NCBI GenBank assembly: GCA_040767965.1
Contig: JAXGNR010000004.1
Coordinates: 384,001-448,000, forward strand
Length of the DNA: 64,000 bases
Reading direction: 5' to 3'
DNA from: Atribacterota bacterium
GTDB taxonomy: Bacteria; Atribacterota; Phoenicimicrobiia; Phoenicimicrobiales; Stramentimicrobiaceae
Shown piece after piece: positions 41,001 through 49,865 of the stretch (the first letter of the stretch is position 1; every line of letters starts with the position of its first letter). A program made the translations under genes and the position numbers. The notes under the pieces are model-generated. The model did no database searches, had not been told where the DNA came from, and was given only the letters and a program-made list of their open reading frames with translations.

Positions 41001-41108
41001 ATCATATGGCATTGACCAAACTATCATACTGAGAAAGCCTGTTTTGATTAAGAACAGGCATATTAAAGAAAACAAAAATATTGTTATTTTATTTTTTGTT
41101 TTAAACAT
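38019..41108 (-). CDS. Secreted protein: HExxH peptidase-like domain, TolB/PD40 beta-propeller and Omp85/BamA-TamA-type barrel
   Basis: Signal peptide; AHEYTH...WAIEGLA; repeated PxWSPDG; FYLGG...LRGF, SIEYRFPI, FFDAG; terminal Phe. Confidence 0.8.
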   Translation of the reverse strand: MFKTKNKITIFLFSLICLFLIKTGFLSMIVWSMPYDLSLEWQTIESEHFLVIFPGKSPTLQHFEYQEFALTIADIAEETYQKLIPYFGEPYNKNRKTAIILEDFSDSVYGFATVLPHPAIRINLTAPGFKTFDTKFKSWLKILIAHEYTHIAHFDMTSKATSFLRLFLGQIIAPNALQPMWAIEGLAIFYESKLGSGGRLTDNRYDMYLRSDFLEENPIDLKLLKDTYFTSWPGGNIPYIYGQSLVHYIAQEYGEEKLLDISEYFCANPLLGINWSIKKALGINQNDLYKNWEDKKLSQYQEQLENVYSFSEITHSEQITNHQYWADNPIWWQKDNKDKAILLYRVNIPELYPTIRSYNQLNKEESIIINRTTGHGTSYSLSPDNKYLIYSKLQNFKEFYQYYDLFLFNLQNGNQIQLSEGMRIKDPGWHPSKSEYNVVAVINIAGSSNLVLFSLENTFPSLFGGNNKNTDFTSSKNEMLTFEDLLYLTSFNDGTQISQPVWSPDGKKIAFSMWQNGYQDIYILELGTANEIKYLNPIIRDKHIDISPSWSADGEYIYFTSDRSGIFNLYAYQLKEKILFRLTNVTTGAFEPAGSPDGKEIAFIQYHSTGYELHLAETKNLLWKPVSFETQTNTGDGSLYQVNISHKPIQGTVLCIRNKNKEQSPVSYSPWDSLFPTYWIPYFNLTSKDLYLGFSSTAQDYLGYYYLPFKLAKGVFTPSLYYDFHFIQYSQNPNFSISWQGETLLEDGHLQNFFDAKSTNAVFQANLNYQNEGYTSQQDSARYFSGNFTLGFQSHLYNFKNDGNNSDNLSFRKINSFILSYDYNDTEKYQTSVGPEIGSSFSLNYQHANTLLGSDLTFNKLLFDGRKYFPLSESNQSIALRFVAGFATKGLTQKEKFYLGGNSNSTELSSINNSFPLRGFPASTFSGNNILSASIEYRFPIKTVERKIGFDWASIFLERISGSLFFDAGQAWEGKLLQLPSELNAAIGAEINFKFKQAQSNPFIITIGASKPISESAKVRLYFQTGISF
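39109..39220. repeat. REP-like repeats inserted in frame in the Omp85-family gene
   Basis: 34-bp direct repeat TGATACAAAGAACCGTCCCCTGTATTGGTTTGTG at 39140 and 39187; inverted copy GATACAGGGGACTGTTCTTTGT at 39109. Confidence 0.85.
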
Positions 41109-41206
41109 ATTTTATCTTTTATCTCACATAGTTTTTCTTGATATATTTACTACTATAACTTTTTTTACAATTCCTTACAATAAAATAAATAAAAAACAGA
41201 TTTGTC

Positions 41207-41235
41207 TTGGAAAGCATATTTAGATTATGTATAAT
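41207..41235 (+). promoter_or_regulatory. sigma70-type promoter
   Basis: TTGGAA-17bp-TATAAT upstream of GGAGG and TTG 41271. Confidence 0.55.
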
Positions 41236-41270
41236 GGAAATTAATTTAGTAAAATTGATGGAGGCTAAAT

Positions 41271-42419
41271 TTGGCAGCAAAAAAAGAAAAAAATAGCAAA
41301 AATTCCCTTCAATCTAATAAGAAGAAAAAGTTGTTCGATATTTTCTTTTATAGTATTAGCGGGATAGTTATCCTGGTTTTGCTTTTTATTGGTTTAAGGC
41401 AACGAGGCTGGTTACCATTATGGATTGACAACTTGCCTTCTCCTCAGATTTCCGGGATTACTGAGGAAATTAAAGAAAAAAGAGACAGCTTCAATATTAT
41501 CAATGCCCATGAGCATGTTCAAAGTGAAGAAAATTTACCGATATTAAGGCAGGCTATGGCAGACTGTCAGGTAAAAAAAATGGTTTTGCTTGGCACCTCT
41601 GATTTTACTTTTTACCTGGATCCTGATTATGGTTTTACCGGTTATGATGAAAATAATGAGGTTATTTTAAAAATGAGCAGGGAAAACCCGGATGAATTTG
41701 CTGCTTTGGTGACATTGGATCCCCGAGATAAAGATAAATTGGAAAAATTAAAAAAATATACAGCCGATGGGGCTGCCGGAGTAAAGCTATATAACGGACA
41801 TGGAACCTTTTATGATTTATATTTCAATATACCTCTTGATGATCCTGAAATGATGGAAGTTTACGCTTATTGTGAACAAGAAAGCCTGCCAATTTTGTAT
41901 CATGTGAACAGTGGCCGTTTTTTAGAGCAATTTGAAAGAATATTAGAGGAATTCCCCGATTTAGTGATAGTGGCTCCTCATTTTATTCTTACATCAGCAA
42001 ACCTGAGCAGACTAAACGATCTAATGAGAAAATATCCCCAATTATATACTGATATCAGCTTTGGACATCCTGACTTTTTAGTAGCAGGGTTTGGCAGAAT
42101 ATCTAATAACATCTATGCTTTCAGGGAATTTATGGTTAATTTCCGCGATCGGATCACCTATGGAACAGATTTAGTAGTAACCACCTATAAGGCAAAGACC
42201 AGAGCTTATATAGATGATGTACATTTAGCATATATGGACTTGTTGGAAAAGGAAGAATTTGTTTTAACAAACAATATTTACAACATGATGGGATCTGATG
42301 CTCGAAAAAATATTGATACTGGAAGAGTCTTTAATGGTTTGAATTTAGATGATGAAACTTTACAAATGATATATCATGACAATGCTGAAAGAATATTTTT
42401 TAATAAAGTAAATAATTAA
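41271..42419 (+). CDS. Membrane-anchored amidohydrolase (amidohydro_2 family)
   Basis: N-terminal TM; INAHEH, GVKL, ILYH, VAPH, YTDIS, YGTD. Confidence 0.78.
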   Translation: MAAKKEKNSKNSLQSNKKKKLFDIFFYSISGIVILVLLFIGLRQRGWLPLWIDNLPSPQISGITEEIKEKRDSFNIINAHEHVQSEENLPILRQAMADCQVKKMVLLGTSDFTFYLDPDYGFTGYDENNEVILKMSRENPDEFAALVTLDPRDKDKLEKLKKYTADGAAGVKLYNGHGTFYDLYFNIPLDDPEMMEVYAYCEQESLPILYHVNSGRFLEQFERILEEFPDLVIVAPHFILTSANLSRLNDLMRKYPQLYTDISFGHPDFLVAGFGRISNNIYAFREFMVNFRDRITYGTDLVVTTYKAKTRAYIDDVHLAYMDLLEKEEFVLTNNIYNMMGSDARKNIDTGRVFNGLNLDDETLQMIYHDNAERIFFNKVNN

Positions 42420-42465
42420 TAAAACCAGAAACAAAAAATATTGATTTTAAAAAGGAAAGAAAAAA

Positions 42466-43404
42466 TTGAAATATTTATTGGTGGCATTAATAGCTTTTTT
42501 TGTTTCTTATTTGCTTACTCCTTTTATTGCCCAGGTGGGAAAAAAGCAAAACTTTGTTGATAATCCAGGATACCGGAAAATACATCGCGATGCAATTCCT
42601 AATCTGGGTGGAATTGTAATATTTTTTGGTTTTTTGTTGAGTATTCTTTTTATAATCCCAATCCAGGGAGTAGTTAAAGGGTTGCTGGCAGGTAGTGTCG
42701 TTATTCTGCTTTTAGGGGTAATTGATGATATCGCTGATTTAAAGCCAAGTTATAAGTTTATAATTCAACTGGTAGCAGCTTTTCTTGTTATTGGATACCA
42801 TTATGACCTGATAAATCAGTTTATAAAAGAAGAATTGGGATTTTTAAATATCAGTGGATATTTGCTTTACCCGCTATTGTTGTTTTGGATTGCAGGTGTG
42901 ACAAACTCTGTAAATCTGATTGATGGCCTGGATGGCCTTGCCTGTGGTGTTTCAATAATATCCCTTGGAACTTTTTTCATAATGGGTCTCGCAATAAAGG
43001 AAGGTTTTGAGATATATAATCTACTTAATATTGCTCTTTTTGGTAGCATGTTAGCTTTTTTCCGTTATAACTTTTATCCTGCTCAAATATTTTTAGGAGA
43101 TTCAGGCAGCACTTTTGCCGGTTTTACTATAGCTTCAATTGGATCAGTATGGGTAATATCATCAGGAAAAGTATTTTTTTTCCTGATCCCGCTACTTATT
43201 CTAGCTTTGCCAGTTGGCGATACCGTTTTTGCTATCCTGAGAAGAATTAAAAACAAACAGCCTATATTTCAAGGAGATCAGGGGCATTTGCACCACAGAC
43301 TTTTAGATCGTGGTATTTCTCATCGTAATGTGGTATTGATATTACTAGGCATAACTTTTTGCTGTTGTTTATTGGCATTGTTTTTATTCTATAGTATTTA
43401 TTAA
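42466..43404 (+). CDS. wecA: WecA/TagO undecaprenyl-phosphate GlcNAc-1-P transferase
   Basis: D.P..RKIH...PNLGG, GVIDD, NLIDGLDGL, FLGDSGS, DQGHLHHRL. Confidence 0.9.
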   Translation: MKYLLVALIAFFVSYLLTPFIAQVGKKQNFVDNPGYRKIHRDAIPNLGGIVIFFGFLLSILFIIPIQGVVKGLLAGSVVILLLGVIDDIADLKPSYKFIIQLVAAFLVIGYHYDLINQFIKEELGFLNISGYLLYPLLLFWIAGVTNSVNLIDGLDGLACGVSIISLGTFFIMGLAIKEGFEIYNLLNIALFGSMLAFFRYNFYPAQIFLGDSGSTFAGFTIASIGSVWVISSGKVFFFLIPLLILALPVGDTVFAILRRIKNKQPIFQGDQGHLHHRLLDRGISHRNVVLILLGITFCCCLLALFLFYSIY

Positions 43405-43507
43405 AAAAGAAATAACATGTAAACAATAAATATTAATTTTAGATAGCAAGCAAAGATGATGATATTATAAAAAAGTTAAATAAACAATAAAGGAATAATT
43501 AAAAATA

Positions 43508-44476
43508 ATGCAAAAGATACTTGTAACTGGAGGAGCTGGTTTTATAGGATCACATATTGTGGATTTACTAACAGAAAATGATTTTGAAGTAATAGTAGTT
43601 GACAATTTATCCAGTGGTAAAAAGACAAATTTGTCTGGAAAAGCAAAGCATTATCTTTTAGATATTACTAGTCCTGAAATGAAAGATGTTATAGCAAAAG
43701 AGAAACCTGCTTATATTTGCCATCATGCTGCTCAAATAAGTGTATCTTATTCTGTTCGCCAGCCTAGAGCAGATGCTAAAAGTAATATCTTAGGAATATT
43801 AAATATCCTGGAAAGCGCTTCAGAAAATGGAGTTGAAGGAATTATATTTGCTTCAAGCGGAGGTGCTGTTTATGGTGAACCAAAGCAATTTCCAATCACT
43901 GAAAAATTTAACCTTTGCCCGAGTTCTCCTTATGGAATTGCTAAAATGGCTTCAGAATATTATTTGCAATTCTTTAAAGAATATCATAATTTAAACTATA
44001 TATCATTACGCTATGGCAATGTTTATGGCCCCAGACAAGATCCCTTTGGGGAAGCTGGTGTTATTGCTATTTTTATTAATGAGATGTTAAAAGGGGATAC
44101 ACCTACAATTAATGGTGACGGAGAATATATCAGGGATTATATCTATGTAGAAGATGTAGCGAATGCTTGTTTACTCAGCATAAAAAATATGCTAAAATTA
44201 TCAAGATTAGCTGAACAGGAAAAAGGTATTCATTTTACTTCTTTTAACCTGGGTACTGGTCAAGCAACTTCTGTAAATCAGTTATTTTGTTATTTAAAGA
44301 AGATAATAAATTTTGATAGAGAGGCTAGTTACGGTCCTTCTCGTCCTGGTGATTTGAGAAAAAATATCCTAAATAATCAGCTGGCGAAAAAACACCTTGC
44401 CTGGCATCCAAAATATACAATTCAGGAAGGCTTAAAGAAAACAGTTGATTGGTTTAAGAGTATGAAAAATATTTAA
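43508..44476 (+). CDS. galE: UDP-glucose 4-epimerase-family SDR
   Basis: [35 protein letters not shown]. Confidence 0.8.
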   Translation: MQKILVTGGAGFIGSHIVDLLTENDFEVIVVDNLSSGKKTNLSGKAKHYLLDITSPEMKDVIAKEKPAYICHHAAQISVSYSVRQPRADAKSNILGILNILESASENGVEGIIFASSGGAVYGEPKQFPITEKFNLCPSSPYGIAKMASEYYLQFFKEYHNLNYISLRYGNVYGPRQDPFGEAGVIAIFINEMLKGDTPTINGDGEYIRDYIYVEDVANACLLSIKNMLKLSRLAEQEKGIHFTSFNLGTGQATSVNQLFCYLKKIINFDREASYGPSRPGDLRKNILNNQLAKKHLAWHPKYTIQEGLKKTVDWFKSMKNI

Positions 44477-44526
44477 TTTCATATTATATAATAAAAGAAC
44501 TATCTATAGAATTACTGGAGGAAGAT

Positions 44527-46161
44527 TTGTCTGAGTGGATAGATATAGTAAATAAAATGCCTGCAATCGCAATAGCTGGCATTTTAATGATATTATTAGG
44601 TAATTATGATCAAAAGCAAAAACTTACATTTTGGGTTAAAATTGCCTTACAGTCTTTAATTGCCGTATTGGTTATTTTTGCAGGGATAAGGATTGATTTT
44701 TTGCGGAATTCTACTGGTGGTTATTGGTATCTTACAAACTTATCAATTCCCATTACCATTTTTTGGCTTATATGCATAACTAACTCTGTAGGCCAGACTG
44801 ATGAAATCGACAAATTAACGCCAATTATAGTTTTAATTGCCTCAGTTACTTTTTTTATAGTATCCGTTTTTCAAAGACAGGGATTGTTGTTAGCAGAATT
44901 GCTTTCTTTGTTTTTAATTGTTTTTTCTATAGTTGCCTTATTTTTGCAAAACAAAAATGATAATTTTTTAAAAAATTATTTTTCAAAATACTATATGTTT
45001 TTTGGTTTTATGCTTGCAGTTATTGCAATTGTAGGAGTATTAAAGAGCACAGCAGCTCTGACTTTGCTAACTCCATTTTTAATATTGGGGTATCCGATTA
45101 TTGACAGTTCGTATTCGTTTTTTGCTGAATACTTAAAAAATGACTACTTCGGAAATACAATGACTGAGAGCAAGCTGAGACAACGTTTAATAGAACAGGG
45201 TTTTTCCTGGAGAGGTGCTAATATTGTTATTATTTTAAGCTCTGTATATTTAAGCTTAATCGCGATAATCATTTCAGTACGGGAAGATTTCTACCTGTTT
45301 ACAGCGATGGTTATTATTGGATATCTTTCTTTTTATTTTATAAAACAGTTAATTTTATGCGATGATAGAACAGTAAGTTTTAATGAGAAAAATCAAAAAG
45401 TAGTACTTTTTGGGGTTCCCATCGACAGGATCAACTGTCAGCAGGCTATTGAACGACTGGAAGCATTTGTAAATCAGAAAATACCTCGTTTTGTAGTAAC
45501 CCCGGACACTTTAGCCATTTTACGGGCAAGAAAAGACAAGAAATACCTGGGAATTACTAAAAAAGCAGACTTGGTAACTCCTGATGGGTCAGGAGTGCTA
45601 TGGGCGACTTCTTCTTTGGATGTTCCATTACTGGAACGTATTACAGGAATTGATTTAATTAACAAAATTTGTGAATTATCTGTAGAAAAAGGTTTTAGCT
45701 TATATTTTCTTGGTTCTAAAGATTGTGTTGTTAAGAAAGCAGTAGAGAATATAATGCTAAAATATCCTGGAATTAAAATAACAGGATACCATCACGGATA
45801 TTTTAATAAAGAAAAAAGTGAGCATTTCCAGGCTGGAAATTGTGAAAAAGATATAATAAAGGAAATAAAGCAAAAAAAACCAGACTTTTTATTAGTCGGT
45901 TTAGGTGTTCCAAGGCAGGAATTTTGGATAGCAAAACATAAGGACGAGCTAGGAGTACCAGTATGTATTGGCATTGGCGGCAGTTTTGATGTATTATCCG
46001 GGAAAATTCCACGAGCCCCATTGTGGATGCAAAACCATGGTATGGAGTGGATATTTAGACTAATAAAGGAACCGATAAGAGTTAAAAGGGTAATTGCTTT
46101 ACCTTATTTTATTTGGTTAGTATTTTTAGGTAAGATTAAGTTATTTTTTAGAGATAATTAA
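44527..46161 (+). CDS. Fusion of a degenerate WecA-like membrane domain and a WecG/TagA ManNAc(A) transferase
   Basis: C-terminal VTPD, DLVTPDGSG, ERITGID, LGVPRQE, GIGGSFDV, RAPLWMQ..GMEW; N-terminus aligns by eye to WecA with its motifs lost. Confidence 0.8.
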   Translation: MSEWIDIVNKMPAIAIAGILMILLGNYDQKQKLTFWVKIALQSLIAVLVIFAGIRIDFLRNSTGGYWYLTNLSIPITIFWLICITNSVGQTDEIDKLTPIIVLIASVTFFIVSVFQRQGLLLAELLSLFLIVFSIVALFLQNKNDNFLKNYFSKYYMFFGFMLAVIAIVGVLKSTAALTLLTPFLILGYPIIDSSYSFFAEYLKNDYFGNTMTESKLRQRLIEQGFSWRGANIVIILSSVYLSLIAIIISVREDFYLFTAMVIIGYLSFYFIKQLILCDDRTVSFNEKNQKVVLFGVPIDRINCQQAIERLEAFVNQKIPRFVVTPDTLAILRARKDKKYLGITKKADLVTPDGSGVLWATSSLDVPLLERITGIDLINKICELSVEKGFSLYFLGSKDCVVKKAVENIMLKYPGIKITGYHHGYFNKEKSEHFQAGNCEKDIIKEIKQKKPDFLLVGLGVPRQEFWIAKHKDELGVPVCIGIGGSFDVLSGKIPRAPLWMQNHGMEWIFRLIKEPIRVKRVIALPYFIWLVFLGKIKLFFRDN

Positions 46162-46385
46162 GTTATTATAATTATTATAACTCAATAAAAATACTTTTAT
46201 GAGATATAATAATTTTACCTACCATATACTTATTGCTCACTTCAAAAGAACCATAATATTATATACAACTTTATATTCTATCCTTTAATTAGATAATAAT
46301 ATTAGAATATTTTACTAAAAGAAAAAGAAAATAACTCAAACTTTTGCCTTCACATGGCCTTAGTTGAAACAAAGGGAATTATAAT

Positions 46386-46880
46386 ATGAAAATTTGTATT
46401 AAAGCGGGAATTATTTTATTCACTATTTTGCTTGAATTATTATTATCAAATTTTTTAGTTTTGAATACTATTAAACCGGATTTAATATTAATTGTTGTAA
46501 TTTGTATGTCTCTTATTTCAGGACCAGAAGAAGGAACTGCTGTTGGCTTTATTGGAGGAATGCTGAAAGATATTTTTTCTGTACATTATTTAGGTGTTAA
46601 CGCTTTAGTTAAAACAGTAATTGGATATATTGCAGGATTGACAAGAGAAAAAATATTTCCTCAACACCTTATGTGGATAGTGGTGATATCAACTTTTGTG
46701 TTTACGCTGGCAAACAATATGGCAGTTTATTTTATATTAAAAGCATTACATACAGATTATGATTTTTCTAATATTTTACAAAATATTATTTTTTCTCAGG
46801 CAATCCTGAATTGTGTCTTATCTCCTTTTGTTTTTGTGGGGATTAATAAAATATTTACCTATGGTAAACGCTGGAGTTAA
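46386..46880 (+). CDS. mreD: Rod shape-determining protein MreD
   Basis: KPDLILI, GFIGGMLKD, GVNAL; precedes mrdA. Confidence 0.85.
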   Translation: MKICIKAGIILFTILLELLLSNFLVLNTIKPDLILIVVICMSLISGPEEGTAVGFIGGMLKDIFSVHYLGVNALVKTVIGYIAGLTREKIFPQHLMWIVVISTFVFTLANNMAVYFILKALHTDYDFSNILQNIIFSQAILNCVLSPFVFVGINKIFTYGKRWS

Positions 46881-46886
46881 ATCAAT

Positions 46887-48677
46887 ATGTTTAGTCAAAA
46901 AAATACCAAGACAACCAAAGAGCAAACCAAAAAGAGATTGAACGATTTTTTTGGTCTAATTATAATTTGTTTTATCATCTTGTTGGTTAACCTTTGGTAT
47001 TTACAAATAATTAGGGGGAAAGAATATGAGCAGAGAGCTATTAATAATTGTATTCGATCTTTGGTAGAAGTAGCCCCAAGGGGGGAGCTATATGATCGAC
47101 AGGGGAAATTATTAATAACCAACCGTCCAGCAGTGAATATTTCAGTTATTCCTGCTGAAATTGAAAATTATCACTACTTATCATCAAAAATAGGCCCAAT
47201 TGTAGGTTTAGAAATTGCTGAAATAGATACAAGATTTCAACAACTAAAATCTCGACCATTTCAAGCGCAAACAATCAAGCGAGATTTAGAAAAAGAACAG
47301 ATAGTGGCTATTGAAGAACAAAAATATAAGTTTAAAGGTACAGTATTGACGGTACAACCGGAGAGAAAGTATCTTTATCAGGATTTAGCAGCACATTTGC
47401 TGGGATATGTTAATGAAATAAGTGAAGATGAACTAAAATCATCTACTTTTGGTCATCTTGCAGGTGGAGACATTGTTGGTAAAAGTGGGATTGAAAGATA
47501 TTATGATACTTTCCTTAGGGGAGAAAAGGGAAGCAAAGAAGTGGAAGTTGATGCCCTGGGAAGAGAGATCCTTACCTTGCGTAATATTGAACCTAAGGCA
47601 GGGAACGATTTATACTTAACTATTGACAGCTCTTTACAGCAGTATGCACAAAATTTACTTGCAGGGCAAAAAGGAGCTATTATAGTAAGCGAACTGAAAA
47701 CTGGAAAGATTCTGGTTATGGTAAGCCAACCAACTTTTAATCCTAATTTATTTACCCAGGAAATGTCTTTTACAGAATGGCAAAATATTTCCCAAAGCGA
47801 AGATAATATACTTTGTAATAGAAATATCCAGGGGACTTATCCTCCTGGTTCAGTGTTTAAGTTAATCACTGCTGTTGCAGCTTTAGAAGAAGGCTTGATT
47901 AGTTTAAATGAGAAAATATATTGTTCTGGTTCCCTAAGTTTAGGTGATGTAACTTTTAAATGCTGGAAAGAAGGAGGGCATGGTCATCAGACATTTACTC
48001 AAGCTATAAGTAATTCCTGTAATGTATTTTTTTATACTCTTGGTCAAAGACTGGGAATCGACAAATTAAGTGATTATGCTTCTATGTTCGGTTTGGGTGA
48101 AAAAACGGGCGTTGATATTCCCGGAGAATTGTCAGGATTAGTACCTTCTCAAGAATGGAAAAAAAACACACTGGATCAAGCGTGGTATCCTGGTGATACT
48201 GTAAATTTGTCAATTGGACAAGGTTACTTACTTGCTACTCCTATGCAGATTCATAATATGGCTTGTGCCATTGCAAATGAAGGCATTTCCTATAAGCCAA
48301 TAAATGTTGACAAGATTGTTTCACCTGAAGGAGAAATAATAAAACAGTTTATCCCGGAAATTGCTCGAAAAGTAAATGTGTCATCAGTAACCTTTCAGCA
48401 TGTAAAAGAGGGAATGAGATTGGCAATAAAAGAAGGCACCGGTAAAAATGCCAGATTAGAAGAAATAGAAATTGCCGGTAAAACTGGGACAGCCCAAAAC
48501 CCACAAGGTGAAAACCATGCCTGGTTTGTAGGCTTTGCACCATTTCAAAATTCAGAAATAGGAATAACTATTTTTGTTGAGCATGGAGGAGATGGCAGTC
48601 AAGCTGCTGCACCTCTGGCTGGTAAAATTATAGCTGAGTATTACCGATTAAAAGAAGAAACAAAAGAGGTTAAAATA
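46887..48677 (+). CDS. mrdA: Penicillin-binding protein 2 (in this sequence in frame with rodA)
   Basis: APRGELYDR, GKSGIE, PGSVFK (SxxK), SCN (SxN), KTGTAQ. Confidence 0.9.
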
Positions 48678-49826
48678 ATGGCCACTAAGCGTTCACATTA
48701 CCTTGAATTGATTCAGGATCCCATTTATCGTTCTTTGCGTTTGTTTAAGCATTTTGATTATAGTATATTATTTGCAGTGCTTGGTTTGTGCTTTATAGGT
48801 ATCCTGATAATCTATAGTACCACTCATGTACAAACTGGTGACCAGGGCTCATTGTCTACTATAAAAAAACAATTATTATATGTTGCTGCAGGTGTCTTTT
48901 GTATGTTTTTGGCGGCAGTTATTGATTATCATGAAATTGAAAAAATTGCTCTACCTATTTATATATTGGCTGTTCTGGCTTTAGTATATGTTATTTTGTT
49001 TGGCAGGGTAACTGCTGGGGCAAGAAGATGGATAGAGTTTGCAGGACATGATTTTCAGCCTACTGAATTTGCTAAAATAGCTTTGATGATTTTTTTAAGC
49101 AGCTTCTTAAGCAGGCAGAAAGGCAAATTATCATACAATGTTTATTTTATTGTTCCTTTTTTTATAACAGGGATAATGATGTTGTTGATTTTTAGACAAC
49201 CTGACTTGGGCAGTTCAATGGTTTTCCTGGCAATATTATTGAGTATGCTTTTTGTAGCAGGGATTAAATGGAAGCATATCCTAATGATGCTACTAATCAC
49301 AATTGCCTCTTTTCCGGTGCTGTGGTCTTTTTTAAAAGATTACCAGAAAGACAGAATACTGTTGTTTCTTAATCCAAATCTAGATCCATTAGGGGCAGGT
49401 TATAACATTATTCAATCAAAAGTTGCCATTGGTTCTGGTGGCTTATTTGGACAGGGATTATTTAGCGGCATTCAAAGTCAATTAAAATTTTTGCCAGCAC
49501 AGCATACTGATTTTGTGTTTTCCGTGGTAGGAGAAGAATTAGGTTTTTTTGGTGCTTCAATATTGTTAATTTTATTTTTCTTTCTTCTATGGAGAGGTAT
49601 CAAAATTGCTCAGGAATCTCCTGATTTATTAGGAACATTTTTAGCAACTGGAGTTGTTTCTTTTTATTTTTTTCATATATTTATTAATATTGGAATGGCT
49701 ATGGGATTAATGCCGGCTACCGGACTTCCTCTTTCTTTTATAAGCTATGGAGGTACATTTATGCTGACTAATTTTTTAGCTATGGGATTACTAATGAATG
49801 TTCATTTAAGGAGCATTTATTCATAA
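48678..49826 (+). CDS. rodA: SEDS peptidoglycan glycosyltransferase RodA
   Basis: GARRWI, FQPTEFAK, QPDLG, YQKDR, LPAQHTDF, GEELG, ISYGGT; own SD (GAGG) before ATG 48678. Confidence 0.9.
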   Translation: MATKRSHYLELIQDPIYRSLRLFKHFDYSILFAVLGLCFIGILIIYSTTHVQTGDQGSLSTIKKQLLYVAAGVFCMFLAAVIDYHEIEKIALPIYILAVLALVYVILFGRVTAGARRWIEFAGHDFQPTEFAKIALMIFLSSFLSRQKGKLSYNVYFIVPFFITGIMMLLIFRQPDLGSSMVFLAILLSMLFVAGIKWKHILMMLLITIASFPVLWSFLKDYQKDRILLFLNPNLDPLGAGYNIIQSKVAIGSGGLFGQGLFSGIQSQLKFLPAQHTDFVFSVVGEELGFFGASILLILFFFLLWRGIKIAQESPDLLGTFLATGVVSFYFFHIFINIGMAMGLMPATGLPLSFISYGGTFMLTNFLAMGLLMNVHLRSIYS

Positions 49827-49865
49827 ATTAAAAAGCAGAAGAATATTTACAAAGAAGGTTGAATA

